The notes below the pieces were generated by a model, which did no database searches, was not told the DNA's origin, and saw only the letters and a list, made by a program, of their open reading frames with translations. A program made the translations under genes and the position numbers. A stretch of 64,000 nucleotides of DNA from a virus. Positions within the stretch are counted from its first letter, which is position 1. Every line of letters starts with the position of its first letter. Shown here piece after piece: positions 1 to 9,398 of the stretch. The stretch lies in IMG/VR virus record IMGVR_UViG_3300027754_003462; one strand, written 5' to 3'.

Positions 1-573
1 GTCGACCACTGCCAGTACCCGCACACCATCCAGTTTGACTTCCAGGCGTTTGATGCCTTTGAGTTTTTTGGGTTGGTCTGTGGAGTCTTGTGCCAGTTGA
101 CAAGTAAACACAGGAATCTTGTATTCTGTTTTACCTAGTACTTTGTTTAGTGTTTTCTCTGAGATGCCACAACGCAGATCTTTGATCATCACACGGCGAG
201 CCAAGTTGTTCCACTCGTCTGAGTCAAACTGTTGACTCATCGATTCAATGGCTTCTCTAGCACGATTACCTGTGGTAGACCTTGTGCGTAGGGCTTCCAG
301 TAACCCCCAAAATTTTGTCCAAGGGTTGGGCCTATCAGTCAGTCCCTCGGTTTCGGGTACCTGACGGATGTTAAAAGTGTAGAAAGGATTGTAGGCCTGG
401 TAACAATTAAAGAGAAAACATTGTGCATCGGCACTGCCCAGTTTGGCGGCCATCAGGGCTTTTTCAATGGTTTTTTCTTTGTGTATGCGACTGTCTGAAC
501 TTTCTAGATCACGGATCCATCCAGCCGCCACTATGCTGTCAAACCTTTCGTTTGAGAAGTCTGTTTCATTCAT
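1..573 (-). CDS. ATP-dependent DNA ligase, N-terminal part (runs off window start)
   Basis: Manual translation MNETDFSNERF...DLRCGISEKT...PVFTCQLA...EVKLDGVRVLAVVD contains the ligase motif I KxDGxR; absent from the ORF track because it has no stop in the window; exact start uncertain. Confidence 0.9.
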   Translation of the reverse strand, partial: MNETDFSNERFDSIVAAGWIRDLESSDSRIHKEKTIEKALMAAKLGSADAQCFLFNCYQAYNPFYTFNIRQVPETEGLTDRPNPWTKFWGLLEALRTRSTTGNRAREAIESMSQQFDSDEWNNLARRVMIKDLRCGISEKTLNKVLGKTEYKIPVFTCQLAQDSTDQPKKLKGIKRLEVKLDGVRVLAVVD

Positions 574-585
574 ATATTTAAGTGG

Positions 586-942
586 TTACCACGATGAGTT
601 ATAAAACACTTTAAGTCCCATGAACAATTCTGCTCGGGCTTTCTTGATGAATTCAAGATCTTGTTCTTTGTAAAAGTCATCTGACTCGTTGCCAAAAAAG
701 AATCCCTGCGTACTCGGCAGTTGGCTATGTGTTACTGCACGTTCCAGTTCATCCAGATCCTCCCAGGTGAGTTCCAGTTCAACACCGTTGAATGAGCCGT
801 ACTCTACATTTTTAGATTTGGCAAGTCGTTCCATCCAACCATGTAGATTAGGATGTTTACGCCAGTAGGCAATTTCACGTTGACCAGTTTCGTAATCTGC
901 CTGTTCTTTGGCGGCAGTGTATGCATACATGTCGAGACCCAT
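586..942 (-). CDS. conserved phage hypothetical protein (MGLDMY...YWRKHPNLHGWM...YNSSW)
   Basis: 118 aa ORF with GGAG RBS; TAATG coupling to the upstream ORF. Confidence 0.75.
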   Translation of the reverse strand: MGLDMYAYTAAKEQADYETGQREIAYWRKHPNLHGWMERLAKSKNVEYGSFNGVELELTWEDLDELERAVTHSQLPSTQGFFFGNESDDFYKEQDLEFIKKARAELFMGLKVFYNSSW

Positions 943-1097
943 TACTCTACTCCTTGTTGATGTCTATATTCACGTTTGAGCCAAAATTTATATTGGAGAA
1001 AATATTCCTGTGCGGTTAACTGTGGTTCAAGCCCGTAACTGATCAGTTCGTCCACGTGCTCGTACCACTTTTCTCTGCACCAAGAACGAAAGTTCAT
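942..1097 (-). CDS. small hypothetical protein (51 aa, MNFRSWCREKWYEH...)
   Basis: Manually found; fills the gap exactly, with ATGA and TAATG overlaps at either end. Confidence 0.7.
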   Translation of the reverse strand: MNFRSWCREKWYEHVDELISYGLEPQLTAQEYFLQYKFWLKREYRHQQGVE

Positions 1098-1405
1098 GCT
1101 GTCACCATCTGTCCTTCAACTATCTCCAACATATTGGCCGGGATCTTCCACAAGCCACCGTCTCTGTCATTACGAACTGTGACATACTTGATAGCAATCT
1201 TCTTAACTGTGCCTGTGGCACCTGCGGGGTTCTTGCTACTGACCCAACGCACTCGAACGCCCACGTCCAGACTACGTTTGACCTGCTTGCGAAGACTGAT
1301 CTGATTAAAACGAATGGCATCAGCCATGCTACGAAGTTCCACATCGGTCCACGTGCCAAACATGATAGCAGAGTTAACTTGCTGAATTGATGAGAGTTTT
1401 TCCAT
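1094..1405 (-). CDS. hypothetical early protein (possible SH3/KOW-like C-terminus)
   Basis: 103 aa, AGGAG RBS, directly downstream of a sigma70-like promoter. Confidence 0.75.
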   Translation of the reverse strand: MEKLSSIQQVNSAIMFGTWTDVELRSMADAIRFNQISLRKQVKRSLDVGVRVRWVSSKNPAGATGTVKKIAIKYVTVRNDRDGGLWKIPANMLEIVEGQMVTA

Positions 1406-1435
1406 CTTGGGCTCCTGTTAAGTTTCTATACAAGT

Positions 1436-1464
1436 ATTATAACAAATTGGGAATATTCGGTCAA
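1436..1464 (-). promoter_or_regulatory. sigma70-like early promoter TTGACC-N17-TATAAT
   Basis: Near-consensus hexamers with 17 bp spacer; shares 21 identical bp (1421-1441) with the promoter region at 1635-1655. Confidence 0.85.
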
Positions 1465-1619
1465 TCAACGTAATAGTGTACGGCCTGTGAGAGTGCAGAC
1501 AACTTGTCCATGATGTCCCTATACACTTGACCACATTCGGCCAGTTGATCACCACTACAGGTTGCTTCGTCTATCATGGTTTCAACTTCACTAAGTTTAG
1601 CAAGAATTGCATCACGCAT
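1461..1619 (-). CDS. small hypothetical early protein (52 aa, MRDAILAKLSEVE...)
   Basis: Manually found; AAGGAG RBS and its own promoter. Confidence 0.7.
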   Translation of the reverse strand: MRDAILAKLSEVETMIDEATCSGDQLAECGQVYRDIMDKLSALSQAVHYYVD

Positions 1620-1649
1620 CTCTGACTCCTTTTTAGTTTCTATACAAGT

Positions 1650-1678
1650 ATTATAGCAAAAACTCGATTATTGGTCAA
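1650..1678 (-). promoter_or_regulatory. sigma70-like early promoter TTGACC-N17-TATAAT
   Basis: Near-consensus hexamers, 17 bp spacer. Confidence 0.85.
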
Positions 1679-1680
1679 CC

Positions 1681-1712
1681 AAAAAAAAGCCCCGCAAACT
1701 TGCAGGGCTTTT
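1681..1712 (-). terminator. rho-independent terminator
   Basis: AAAAGCCC...GGGCTTTT stem followed by a U8 tail on the minus strand, downstream of the outer-membrane protein gene. Confidence 0.75.
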
Positions 1713-1733
1713 ACAGTACTAAAGTACTACTTT

Positions 1734-2276
1734 TTAGAAACCACGTGTGTATGCTACTGCAACAACCTTTTGGTTGCTGTCGCCTTGCACACGGTCATAC
1801 TTGACAGCAACGGTATCATTCTTGCTTAATGCATAAGCCAATGAATAACGGGCTGTGTGAGTTTGATCATTGTTTGCACTATCAAATGCACTTCTCCAAC
1901 GGAAACCAACTTTGGCAGTTAAACCTGCAACACCTGGAACGGCGGCAGCGATACCTGGCTCAATTGAGTAGTATGAAAAGTCAGCAGTATTACTATACTT
2001 TTGACCATATGCGGCACGAGCATACAATCCAACTGGACCGTTAACTGTAGCGCCTGCTTCCAAGCGTGTGCTCAGAGCATTGGTACCTTCAGTCTGTGCA
2101 TTCGAAAATGCTAAGTCGCCAGCGAACCCGCTGAATTCTTTCTTAACGCCCAAAACGTATTGTTGTTGTGCGGCGGCACCTGCGTTGTTAATGCGTTGGC
2201 CTTCAACAGTAAAACTGTCGGCTGCAAATGCAGTACCTGTGATGGCCAAAGCCAAAATTGCGAAGATTTTCTTCAT
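1734..2276 (-). CDS. outer-membrane beta-barrel protein (small porin-like)
   Basis: Sec signal peptide MKKIFAILALAITGTAFA, alternating amphipathic strands, C-terminal YTRGF beta-signal. Confidence 0.75.
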   Translation of the reverse strand: MKKIFAILALAITGTAFAADSFTVEGQRINNAGAAAQQQYVLGVKKEFSGFAGDLAFSNAQTEGTNALSTRLEAGATVNGPVGLYARAAYGQKYSNTADFSYYSIEPGIAAAVPGVAGLTAKVGFRWRSAFDSANNDQTHTARYSLAYALSKNDTVAVKYDRVQGDSNQKVVAVAYTRGF

Positions 2277-2319
2277 TTAGTTTTTTCCTTTTAAAAGTAG
2301 AATGACATAGTCAATCTGT

Positions 2320-2348
2320 ATTATATATGCGTAGTTGTATTAAGTCAA
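2320..2348 (-). promoter_or_regulatory. sigma70-like promoter TTGACT-N17-TATAAT
   Basis: Intergenic, upstream of the outer-membrane protein gene. Confidence 0.75.
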
Positions 2349-2379
2349 TACAAAATCAACCTCAAAATAGCCAATTTGA

Positions 2380-4467
2380 TCATGTAACTGGGTCGATTGC
2401 TGGAATTGGTGTCACTATCGGAGCACTAGGTATTTGATTGGTATTGTACAGACCAGCCGCATTCAATCTTGCATTATTGCGACCTTCACGCATGGCACCC
2501 ACAATGGCCTGCCCACCTAGAATCGTGGTATCTGCAAGATTTTCTAAAAACTCAGCCGCATCTCCTGCGGCGGTGAGTAATCCGTAATTGGGCAAGTTTT
2601 GTACAAAGGCAATCACACTGTTCTTGTTACCAGGTTGCAAAAGGAAATAGTCAATACCGGCCTGACTTGTGTACTTGGCACTCAGGTTCATTAGATTGGC
2701 CATATACGTCCATGCTGTGTTCAGAGTGATCACATAAGGACTTGCACTAAGTGCGGCAATAGCCGAGTTGGCGTTGCTAATTTGTGTAATGACTCCAGCA
2801 TCATTAACAGCCGACAAGATATTTACGTATGCTGTGTTAAGTGTGGCAAGGCTGCCTGCGGTCTGTAATGCATTGATTGCTGTGGTGGCTGTGTTCAATT
2901 GTGCGGCAAAGTTGTTGCTATCAAGTGCTAGTCCTAGTACATCACTAGTGGTAATAGTCCCACAAGGCCCGGTTCCAGTGGCAAATGCACTGGCAATATA
3001 ATCAGTCACACTCGAATCTACCGGGGCAGTTTGTTCTTGTATCAATGGTAAATCGGCCATGGTACTAAGACCACCCAATTTGGTAGGGCTCCAAAAATTT
3101 TCATCGTCAATATCAGTACCTGGCGGAACAATAAAAGTTGCAAGAGTACAGCCTGGAGACTTTGCACGATAATATTGAGGAGTAGAGGACGGGTTAGCAG
3201 GAGTAGGGGACGGAGTTATACTTACAACATCGTTAGGCAAGTATTCTTGTGTAATGTCCCAAGGATTGTCAGTGTTACCTAATACTGTTTCGGCCAACCG
3301 TGGTAACGTTGTATTGGGTATGTTATTGATTTGTTGCAGTGCCACTTGAATGGCTTTGTTGGCCGTGGCCTGAGCAGGTGGAATAATCTTGCCCAGTTCA
3401 TCACAACCTGACGCTGTGGGCAAGTAACTGTTGACTATGGGAGTGATGTTTGAATTTACTGCACCAGTTGAGTTGAAAATAGGCACAGCACCATCAGGGC
3501 TGGGTGTTTGCAATGATGCATAACTCAGTGGGAACATGATCACAGGATTCAACAAGTCATCAAGGCTGTCAATATTAGGGGTAGTCACTCCCAGTATGTC
3601 TAAAGTTTGATTGAGGGCATCACCTGATATCATAGTTGTGGCATTGTACGCCAACAACTGTAGTTTATCAAATTCATTTTGTGTAAGGCCTGTGGGATTG
3701 TTTAGACCCACACGATTATCGTTCACCAGGTCAGCAATGTTGCCAGCAGACAGGCCCATACTGATCATGGCATTTTGTAGATCAGGAATTGTGCGTCCTC
3801 GAATGCCGGCCAATGCAGATATTTGTTGTACAAGGCCAGCCGGAGTGCCATACAAATCCAACTTGCTTGTGTTCCAAAGATTGCCTTGGTTGGCTAGATC
3901 AACTCCAAAACTAGGTAAGTCAGTAGTCATACTGGCTATGTTACCTGTTACTAGATCATCCATATTAGTAAACAAGGGACCAAGATACTCATTGGCGTTT
4001 ACTGAACTGTTTATATATTGATTAATTGTGTTAATATATCCTTGCATGGCCACAAAGCCTTGACCGAACTCGCCAGCATCACCATTACCGAGATAGGCCG
4101 CACATGTTTGTTCTATCAAGTTTGAAAATCCCGAAGGATCAATTGTAGATCCGTCGGCGGCGCCAAGATAGTTGATTAGATATTCGCTATTCAAATAAGG
4201 ATAACTGCCTACGGGAGTTTCTGGTATGCTGTTGCCCAGTGCTGGACATACTGTGGCACCAATGCTCAACAAACTGGTCAATGTAGATTGTGTGGCAAAA
4301 CTCTGTGCTTTGTAAAAACTCACCGCCGCAAGAAAGTTACTGATTACTGTGGTAGCATTGAAAGACTGAATAGCAGTGGCCAATGCGGCCGGAAACGGTT
4401 TTAGTCCTTGATTTTGCAACAAGGACACAGCGGCGGTTAATTGTAACGGACTGAGAATACTGGGCAT
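2380..4467 (-). CDS. probable virion (baseplate/tail) structural protein
   Basis: 695 aa rich in A/T/N/S/G, coupled to the PAAR gene; contains a short CBM-like insert. Confidence 0.55.
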   Translation of the reverse strand: MPSILSPLQLTAAVSLLQNQGLKPFPAALATAIQSFNATTVISNFLAAVSFYKAQSFATQSTLTSLLSIGATVCPALGNSIPETPVGSYPYLNSEYLINYLGAADGSTIDPSGFSNLIEQTCAAYLGNGDAGEFGQGFVAMQGYINTINQYINSSVNANEYLGPLFTNMDDLVTGNIASMTTDLPSFGVDLANQGNLWNTSKLDLYGTPAGLVQQISALAGIRGRTIPDLQNAMISMGLSAGNIADLVNDNRVGLNNPTGLTQNEFDKLQLLAYNATTMISGDALNQTLDILGVTTPNIDSLDDLLNPVIMFPLSYASLQTPSPDGAVPIFNSTGAVNSNITPIVNSYLPTASGCDELGKIIPPAQATANKAIQVALQQINNIPNTTLPRLAETVLGNTDNPWDITQEYLPNDVVSITPSPTPANPSSTPQYYRAKSPGCTLATFIVPPGTDIDDENFWSPTKLGGLSTMADLPLIQEQTAPVDSSVTDYIASAFATGTGPCGTITTSDVLGLALDSNNFAAQLNTATTAINALQTAGSLATLNTAYVNILSAVNDAGVITQISNANSAIAALSASPYVITLNTAWTYMANLMNLSAKYTSQAGIDYFLLQPGNKNSVIAFVQNLPNYGLLTAAGDAAEFLENLADTTILGGQAIVGAMREGRNNARLNAAGLYNTNQIPSAPIVTPIPAIDPVT

Positions 4468-4748
4468 TATCCTGCCCTTACGTCAGCACTACCACCAGCA
4501 CGAGCATGTCCACAAGTGTCTGAACAACCAGCAGTAACAACGGGAACACCACCGGCTCGAACAGTGCCACTTCCTCCTGTGGTGCTGGCAGACGCATGTG
4601 GTGGGTGTGGTCGTCCCCAAGGTGCATGGGCACTCACAGGATTTCCGTTCACAGTAACAGGACTACCATTCACACGTACAGAGGCAACACCGCCGGAGAC
4701 CACACCCCCTGCGCCATTTGCATCACCATCTCGTTGTACTGCTGGCAT
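4467..4748 (-). CDS. PAAR-domain spike tip protein (gp5.4-like)
   Basis: MPAVQRDGD...VRVNGSPV...H...HPPH...GSGTVRAGG.PV...DTCGH...GSADVRAG pattern with His/Cys metal ligands. Confidence 0.88.
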   Translation of the reverse strand: MPAVQRDGDANGAGGVVSGGVASVRVNGSPVTVNGNPVSAHAPWGRPHPPHASASTTGGSGTVRAGGVPVVTAGCSDTCGHARAGGSADVRAG

Positions 4749-4749
4749 G

Positions 4750-5049
4750 TTATCCCAATATAAGTTTTTTGTCCGGAACTTTAATGCCTGTGGTTGCTTC
4801 GATGTATTTCATTTTAACAGCGTCTTCAGCATAGGCATAAAGTGATATGCTGTTGATATTTAGTTGTATTTCCCGCTTGATATCTGCGGTAAACAAACTG
4901 GGCACAAGTCCCATACCTTGTGGACCCGGAGCCACGCTCACAGGGTCGCTGATTGTAATCCACTCTGTGCCAGGTTTTTCTACACGGGCAATCAACTCTT
5001 CTCCAGAGTTGAGTTTGAAGGTGTACACTTGATTTTGTTCGAATTGCAT
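4750..5049 (-). CDS. conserved phage protein, Sm-like fold
   Basis: FKLNSGEELIARV...ISDP...YIEATTGI pattern typical of T4-like phage Sm-like proteins. Confidence 0.6.
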   Translation of the reverse strand: MQFEQNQVYTFKLNSGEELIARVEKPGTEWITISDPVSVAPGPQGMGLVPSLFTADIKREIQLNINSISLYAYAEDAVKMKYIEATTGIKVPDKKLILG

Positions 5050-5050
5050 T

Positions 5051-5686
5051 TTAAACTTTCTTTATAACGAGTTGATAATTAATCAATTTAACTTCTATAT
5101 GCTTTTGAAACATGTTTACAAAAGCATCAATAGACATCTTGGGACGATCTAACATATCTGTGGCTACCATCCAAAGATAGTCATCAAAAATCATGTATCC
5201 ATTCTTTTTTAGCAGTCCAAATGCCATCACAGCATCTGCTAACACTTCGTCTGCGCTGTGACTGCCGTCAACATAGATAAAATCAAATTGCGCATTTTCT
5301 GTTATCAACTCAGCCAAGGCATAAAAACTCAAAGTTGGCATGAGTCGAATTGTTTGCTCAGGTGCTTTGGCTAGGTCAGTATTGTGACGGAATACTTGCT
5401 CAATTAAGTTTGGTGCAGGCGCTTGGTCATTTCGAAAGGCACTGAGCGGTTCGTTTGCGAACGGATCTATACAAGTGATTGCGCCATCTTCTGTTAGTAA
5501 GTTTTCTAACATCCAACAAGTGCTCCGACCTTCGTGACACCCAATCTCTAGTATTGATGCTGGCGGTGAATCCATTTGTTCTTTGGTATATTCAAAATTA
5601 ATCAGGCCATTTGTAAACCAATCAGCAGTAAAAAATTTATTGGTTTCAAGAGTTGGTATTTTTTCTTTCAACCAGGCCATGGTCAT
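5051..5686 (-). CDS. class I SAM-dependent methyltransferase (Methyltransf_24-like)
   Basis: ILEIGCHEGRS, CIDPF, FDFIYVDGSH, MIFDDY motifs; start moved to the ATG after the glutaredoxin stop. Confidence 0.85.
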   Translation of the reverse strand: MTMAWLKEKIPTLETNKFFTADWFTNGLINFEYTKEQMDSPPASILEIGCHEGRSTCWMLENLLTEDGAITCIDPFANEPLSAFRNDQAPAPNLIEQVFRHNTDLAKAPEQTIRLMPTLSFYALAELITENAQFDFIYVDGSHSADEVLADAVMAFGLLKKNGYMIFDDYLWMVATDMLDRPKMSIDAFVNMFQKHIEVKLINYQLVIKKV

Positions 5687-5696
5687 TGATTTGGCA

Positions 5697-5918
5697 TCAA
5701 CTGAGCCGTTTTCTAAGTTCATTAAACCCTCCTACGAGTTCTTCATCTAAAAATACTTGTGGTAATGTTCGCGCAGTTGGCACAGCGGCCAACAAGTCTT
5801 CCTTGTCCCACCCATCCTCGATATTGCGTTCTTCAAATTCAATACCTCTAGATTCCAACAATGCCTTTGCTTGAGTGCAATAAGGGCACTGATTTTTGCT
5901 CCATACAATGGCTTTCAT
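5697..5918 (-). CDS. grx: glutaredoxin
   Basis: CPYC active site, TLPQVF, VGGF; start at MKAIVWSK after AAGGAG RBS. Confidence 0.93.
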   Translation of the reverse strand: MKAIVWSKNQCPYCTQAKALLESRGIEFEERNIEDGWDKEDLLAAVPTARTLPQVFLDEELVGGFNELRKRLS

Positions 5919-5919
5919 T

Positions 5920-6372
5920 TTATTCTCCTTGTAGTTGTGATGTGTCGTATGTTTTGAAAAAGATATCTTTTTTAACCGGGCCGTAATCACCCGGGCCATG
6001 ACGCACAATGTAGTCGTTGCCACGAGTGTATTCTAAGTTGCCCCAAGTGGCTTTAATTATACCGTCATGGTCTGCCAGTTTGGCCAGTTTGGTAACGCCG
6101 CCTTTTGGTGTGCCAGTGCCATCTCCGTTATCATCATACTTGCTGTGAAAGTTATCTGGATCCATAGGCCAGAATTCTCCTTTAGGACCCGGACCCATAA
6201 TGTAGTGACCCATCTTATGCGGAACAGGACCTTCTAAAGTTTTAGTAATACCGTCCTGCTTTGCAATAGTATATGGAACAGGAATAGGCTTTTTAAAAGT
6301 TTTAAATCCGCCGTCACGAAACCATGCATCTGTAACGCCTTGGTCTTCCATTAAATTAATTAAATTTCTCAT
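5920..6372 (-). CDS. PGDYG-domain protein
   Basis: Two internal repeats (TLEG...GPKGEFWP...F..KY / ATWG...HGPGDYGPVKKDIFFKTY). Confidence 0.75.
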   Translation of the reverse strand: MRNLINLMEDQGVTDAWFRDGGFKTFKKPIPVPYTIAKQDGITKTLEGPVPHKMGHYIMGPGPKGEFWPMDPDNFHSKYDDNGDGTGTPKGGVTKLAKLADHDGIIKATWGNLEYTRGNDYIVRHGPGDYGPVKKDIFFKTYDTSQLQGE

Positions 6373-7469
6373 AGTTCTGGTAACTCCTCATAATCTATAC
6401 TGTCGCTCATAATCCCAATCACATAGTTGGTTGATTCATTTTCTTGCAAGGCCGTCTGCTTCTTGCTGGTGTCCACGTGCTTGGTAAACCAAGGAATAGG
6501 CGTTGAACGTGGATGCTCTTCAGTGTACTTGATGCCAATTTCTTTGAGTGCATTGAATGCGGTGAAGTCCACAAAGTCTTTGAGAATGTTTGCATTAAGA
6601 CCAATCACTGGACCTTTGTTGAACAAATAGTCGGCCCAGGCTTTTTCTTCACGAATCACATCCAGATACATTTGGTATACTTCGCCTTCACATTCGGCCT
6701 TGACCTCAGCAAATCTTGGATCTTCTTTGATCACCTGATTGATCAACCAACCAGTCCACTCTTTGTGTAGCATTTCATCTTGCAGGATCAACTGAATGAT
6801 ATTGCCATTGCCAATGAAGATACGATTCTCTACCATGGCTAAACTTGTGGCAAATGACACCATGAAGCGGAATGCTTCTAAGGCATAACTTGCATTCAGT
6901 GCCATCCAGATGGCCTTGATGTGTTCACGTTCAGGAAACTCTTCCAGCAACTCTTTGCGACAGTTGATCATGTGTAGTCGATCATAGTAATTGCCCACAC
7001 TGGATGCCATGTCAACGATTTCTTGTGTGTCGTGAATTGTGTTGAACACATCCTTGGGCACATTGTAGATGTTGCGAATGATGTGACTGTAACTACGTGA
7101 ATGGATATTGGTTTCAAAGAATGTCCAGTTGTAGACCAAGGCTTCCAGTTCAGGAATTGAAACTACAGGTGTAAAAATTTGACTAGGGCCACGGCCTTGC
7201 AAACTGTCTAAGGCTGTTTGACGCAAGAGGTTGCTGGTGAAGATATGTTTGACTGTATCTGATGCATCTTTGAAGTCTTGTGCGTCCTTGGTCAAGGAGA
7301 TTTCTTCTGGAACCCAGAAGAAGCCACGTGCTTCTTGCTCGTACTTGACCAGTTTGTTGTATTTGACTTCTTCAAATCGTTGAATGGTTACCGGACCTGC
7401 TGGATCCAAGAACATCTTGCGACTGAGATAATCTGTTTTTGTTTTTAAATTGTATTGTTGTTTGCTCAT
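6369..7469 (-). CDS. nrdB: ribonucleotide reductase class Ia beta subunit
   Basis: FFWVPEEI, ETNIHSRSY, EAFRF, DEMLH di-iron motifs, C-terminal QENESTNY; start MSKQQY. Confidence 0.96.
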   Translation of the reverse strand: MSKQQYNLKTKTDYLSRKMFLDPAGPVTIQRFEEVKYNKLVKYEQEARGFFWVPEEISLTKDAQDFKDASDTVKHIFTSNLLRQTALDSLQGRGPSQIFTPVVSIPELEALVYNWTFFETNIHSRSYSHIIRNIYNVPKDVFNTIHDTQEIVDMASSVGNYYDRLHMINCRKELLEEFPEREHIKAIWMALNASYALEAFRFMVSFATSLAMVENRIFIGNGNIIQLILQDEMLHKEWTGWLINQVIKEDPRFAEVKAECEGEVYQMYLDVIREEKAWADYLFNKGPVIGLNANILKDFVDFTAFNALKEIGIKYTEEHPRSTPIPWFTKHVDTSKKQTALQENESTNYVIGIMSDSIDYEELPEL

Positions 7470-8092
7470 TTGTGTTTTCCTGATGCAAGTACTATCTTGC
7501 AAATATGTTCTAATCTCTCTATGTGCTCATAGGCACGCCATGGTGTGACATCGATAGCCACAACTCCATGTCCTTTGATACCCACTATGTCGTAGGCAAT
7601 ATTGCCTGCTGGGTCTAGTCCCAGATTACGATGACAAGCATCAGCAAGTTCTTGACTGATAGGTGCTACGTCTCCCACATTCGGTGCCACTCGTGTATAA
7701 CGATTGAGTTCTGGAAATGCATTGCTGACAGTGCTAAGGTCAATGCCGGCATGCATGGCCGCAATGCAATAGGTTGGATGCACATGAACTACTACCCTAA
7801 CGTCATTACTGTGCTGACCCATTTCCTTCTGTAATCCAAAATGCAGAGGTATCTCTCCACTGGGTTTTAAGTTAGAACTGATGTCGGTATAGACTTCTTC
7901 TTGCCAATGTAGACTACTTACAATCTTAATCTTTTTGAACTGGTCCGGTTGCATGGTCTGCTTACGCACACCACTCGGAGTAATGTAAAAATGGTCACGG
8001 TCGTGATGACGTATAGAAATATTGCCATCTCTACTGGTTATCCAGTTGCGTTTGTACGCATCTACTAATATATCACAACAGGTTTCTAACAT
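7466..8092 (-). CDS. class II aldolase/adducin family protein
   Basis: GNISIR, ITPSG, PSGEIPLH, VVHVHP, GHGVVA zinc-binding motifs. Confidence 0.9.
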   Translation of the reverse strand: MLETCCDILVDAYKRNWITSRDGNISIRHHDRDHFYITPSGVRKQTMQPDQFKKIKIVSSLHWQEEVYTDISSNLKPSGEIPLHFGLQKEMGQHSNDVRVVVHVHPTYCIAAMHAGIDLSTVSNAFPELNRYTRVAPNVGDVAPISQELADACHRNLGLDPAGNIAYDIVGIKGHGVVAIDVTPWRAYEHIERLEHICKIVLASGKHK

Positions 8093-8093
8093 G

Positions 8094-8270
8094 TTAATCG
8101 TTCCAATGTCTCAATACACCTGCTATAATAAACAGATTGGTTAGTATATAGCACAACACAATTGCTGTGCGTATATAAGCAATAAGATCTGACTCAGAGT
8201 TTGTATCGCCTGCTTTGTTACCTAATGCTTTTGCCCAGAGCCGCCATATTTTATTTTTTGGTAAAAACAT
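8094..8270 (-). CDS. small membrane protein (WRLWAKALG family)
   Basis: WRLWAKALG.KAG motif with a hydrophobic C-terminal helix; start uncertain. Confidence 0.65.
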   Translation of the reverse strand: MFLPKNKIWRLWAKALGNKAGDTNSESDLIAYIRTAIVLCYILTNLFIIAGVLRHWND

Positions 8271-9375
8271 AAATACCTTCCCATTTTTCTCTACCTTGTT
8301 TTTTATTGTTACCAACGCCAGGTCTGGTGTTCAACATCATTTTTATGATGCCTTGATGTTGGAACCCCATCTGCTCCGCAGTATCAATCCATCTATCAAC
8401 TACAAAATATTCTTTGTTGCCATAACTTTTGTAGTCGGCAATGTTGGTGGCAAACACACCATCTGAATTTAATCCTTTGTGTATATTTCTCATGGTAGGT
8501 ACTGCATACAATTCAAACCAATCATCCAACGTGGTACACCTTACCATGCATTGTGTAGGCTCATCACAATACTTTTCCAAATTAAAATACGGAGGACTTG
8601 AAAATGCAAGGTCAACATCTATGGGTTCAAAATTTTCACTTGTGTCACAGTTCAATGTTGCTTTACGACCGTATGCTTCAGTGATCAGACTAGCAAGGTA
8701 TTGCAAGTTAGCGAATGTTTCTGTGTTGGGATCTATGCCTGTGTAACAGTAACCCATTTTGCTACTGGTAATACCTAGCATGCGACCACCATAGCCTGCA
8801 GAATAATCATACACATTACCCCACATCACTGGACACAGATGTTCCACAATAGATCTGGCGTTTTGTGATTTGAAGTTTTGTACATTTTCACCAGTGACCA
8901 ATTCAAGCGCCCGGCGCATGGCTGTGGGGTAAACTAACTTGTCACCTTCTCTAAATTCAAAACAAATACGTATGGCTCTTTTTAATTTGGCATCATCTAA
9001 AAATCTATCTCTTAAACTATTACTGCCTCGACCCTTGGGTTCTGCAGTCATCATGTTTGGAAACAAAAATCTATTAATGGTTTGTCCTTGATTATTACCT
9101 AGCCCCAACGTACTATTGTCTACTGAATTAACTTTTTTATCTCGAAAAAGTCTTAATTCTTTTATTAAGCCCGGTTCTGTAAAGTAATCTATGGGCACAA
9201 GATTTACAGACCTATATAGATCTTTAATTTTTTCAATTGTGCCTGCAGGATCTTTTTGATAAACATCTTTAGTGTATAAATCAAATTGATCATACAGATG
9301 TTCATACCCTGTGAAACGATCGCCGCGAATATTAGCAGGCTGGATGTTCCACTGTTGATATAAACGATCTATCAT
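8251..9375 (-). CDS. amino-type DNA methyltransferase (m4C/m6A)
   Basis: SAM-binding YDYSAGYGGR and GIDPN followed by catalytic FSSPPY. Confidence 0.85.
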   Translation of the reverse strand: MIDRLYQQWNIQPANIRGDRFTGYEHLYDQFDLYTKDVYQKDPAGTIEKIKDLYRSVNLVPIDYFTEPGLIKELRLFRDKKVNSVDNSTLGLGNNQGQTINRFLFPNMMTAEPKGRGSNSLRDRFLDDAKLKRAIRICFEFREGDKLVYPTAMRRALELVTGENVQNFKSQNARSIVEHLCPVMWGNVYDYSAGYGGRMLGITSSKMGYCYTGIDPNTETFANLQYLASLITEAYGRKATLNCDTSENFEPIDVDLAFSSPPYFNLEKYCDEPTQCMVRCTTLDDWFELYAVPTMRNIHKGLNSDGVFATNIADYKSYGNKEYFVVDRWIDTAEQMGFQHQGIIKMMLNTRPGVGNNKKQGREKWEGIYVFTKK

Positions 9376-9398
9376 GTTTTTGTAAGCGGGCGTTCACG

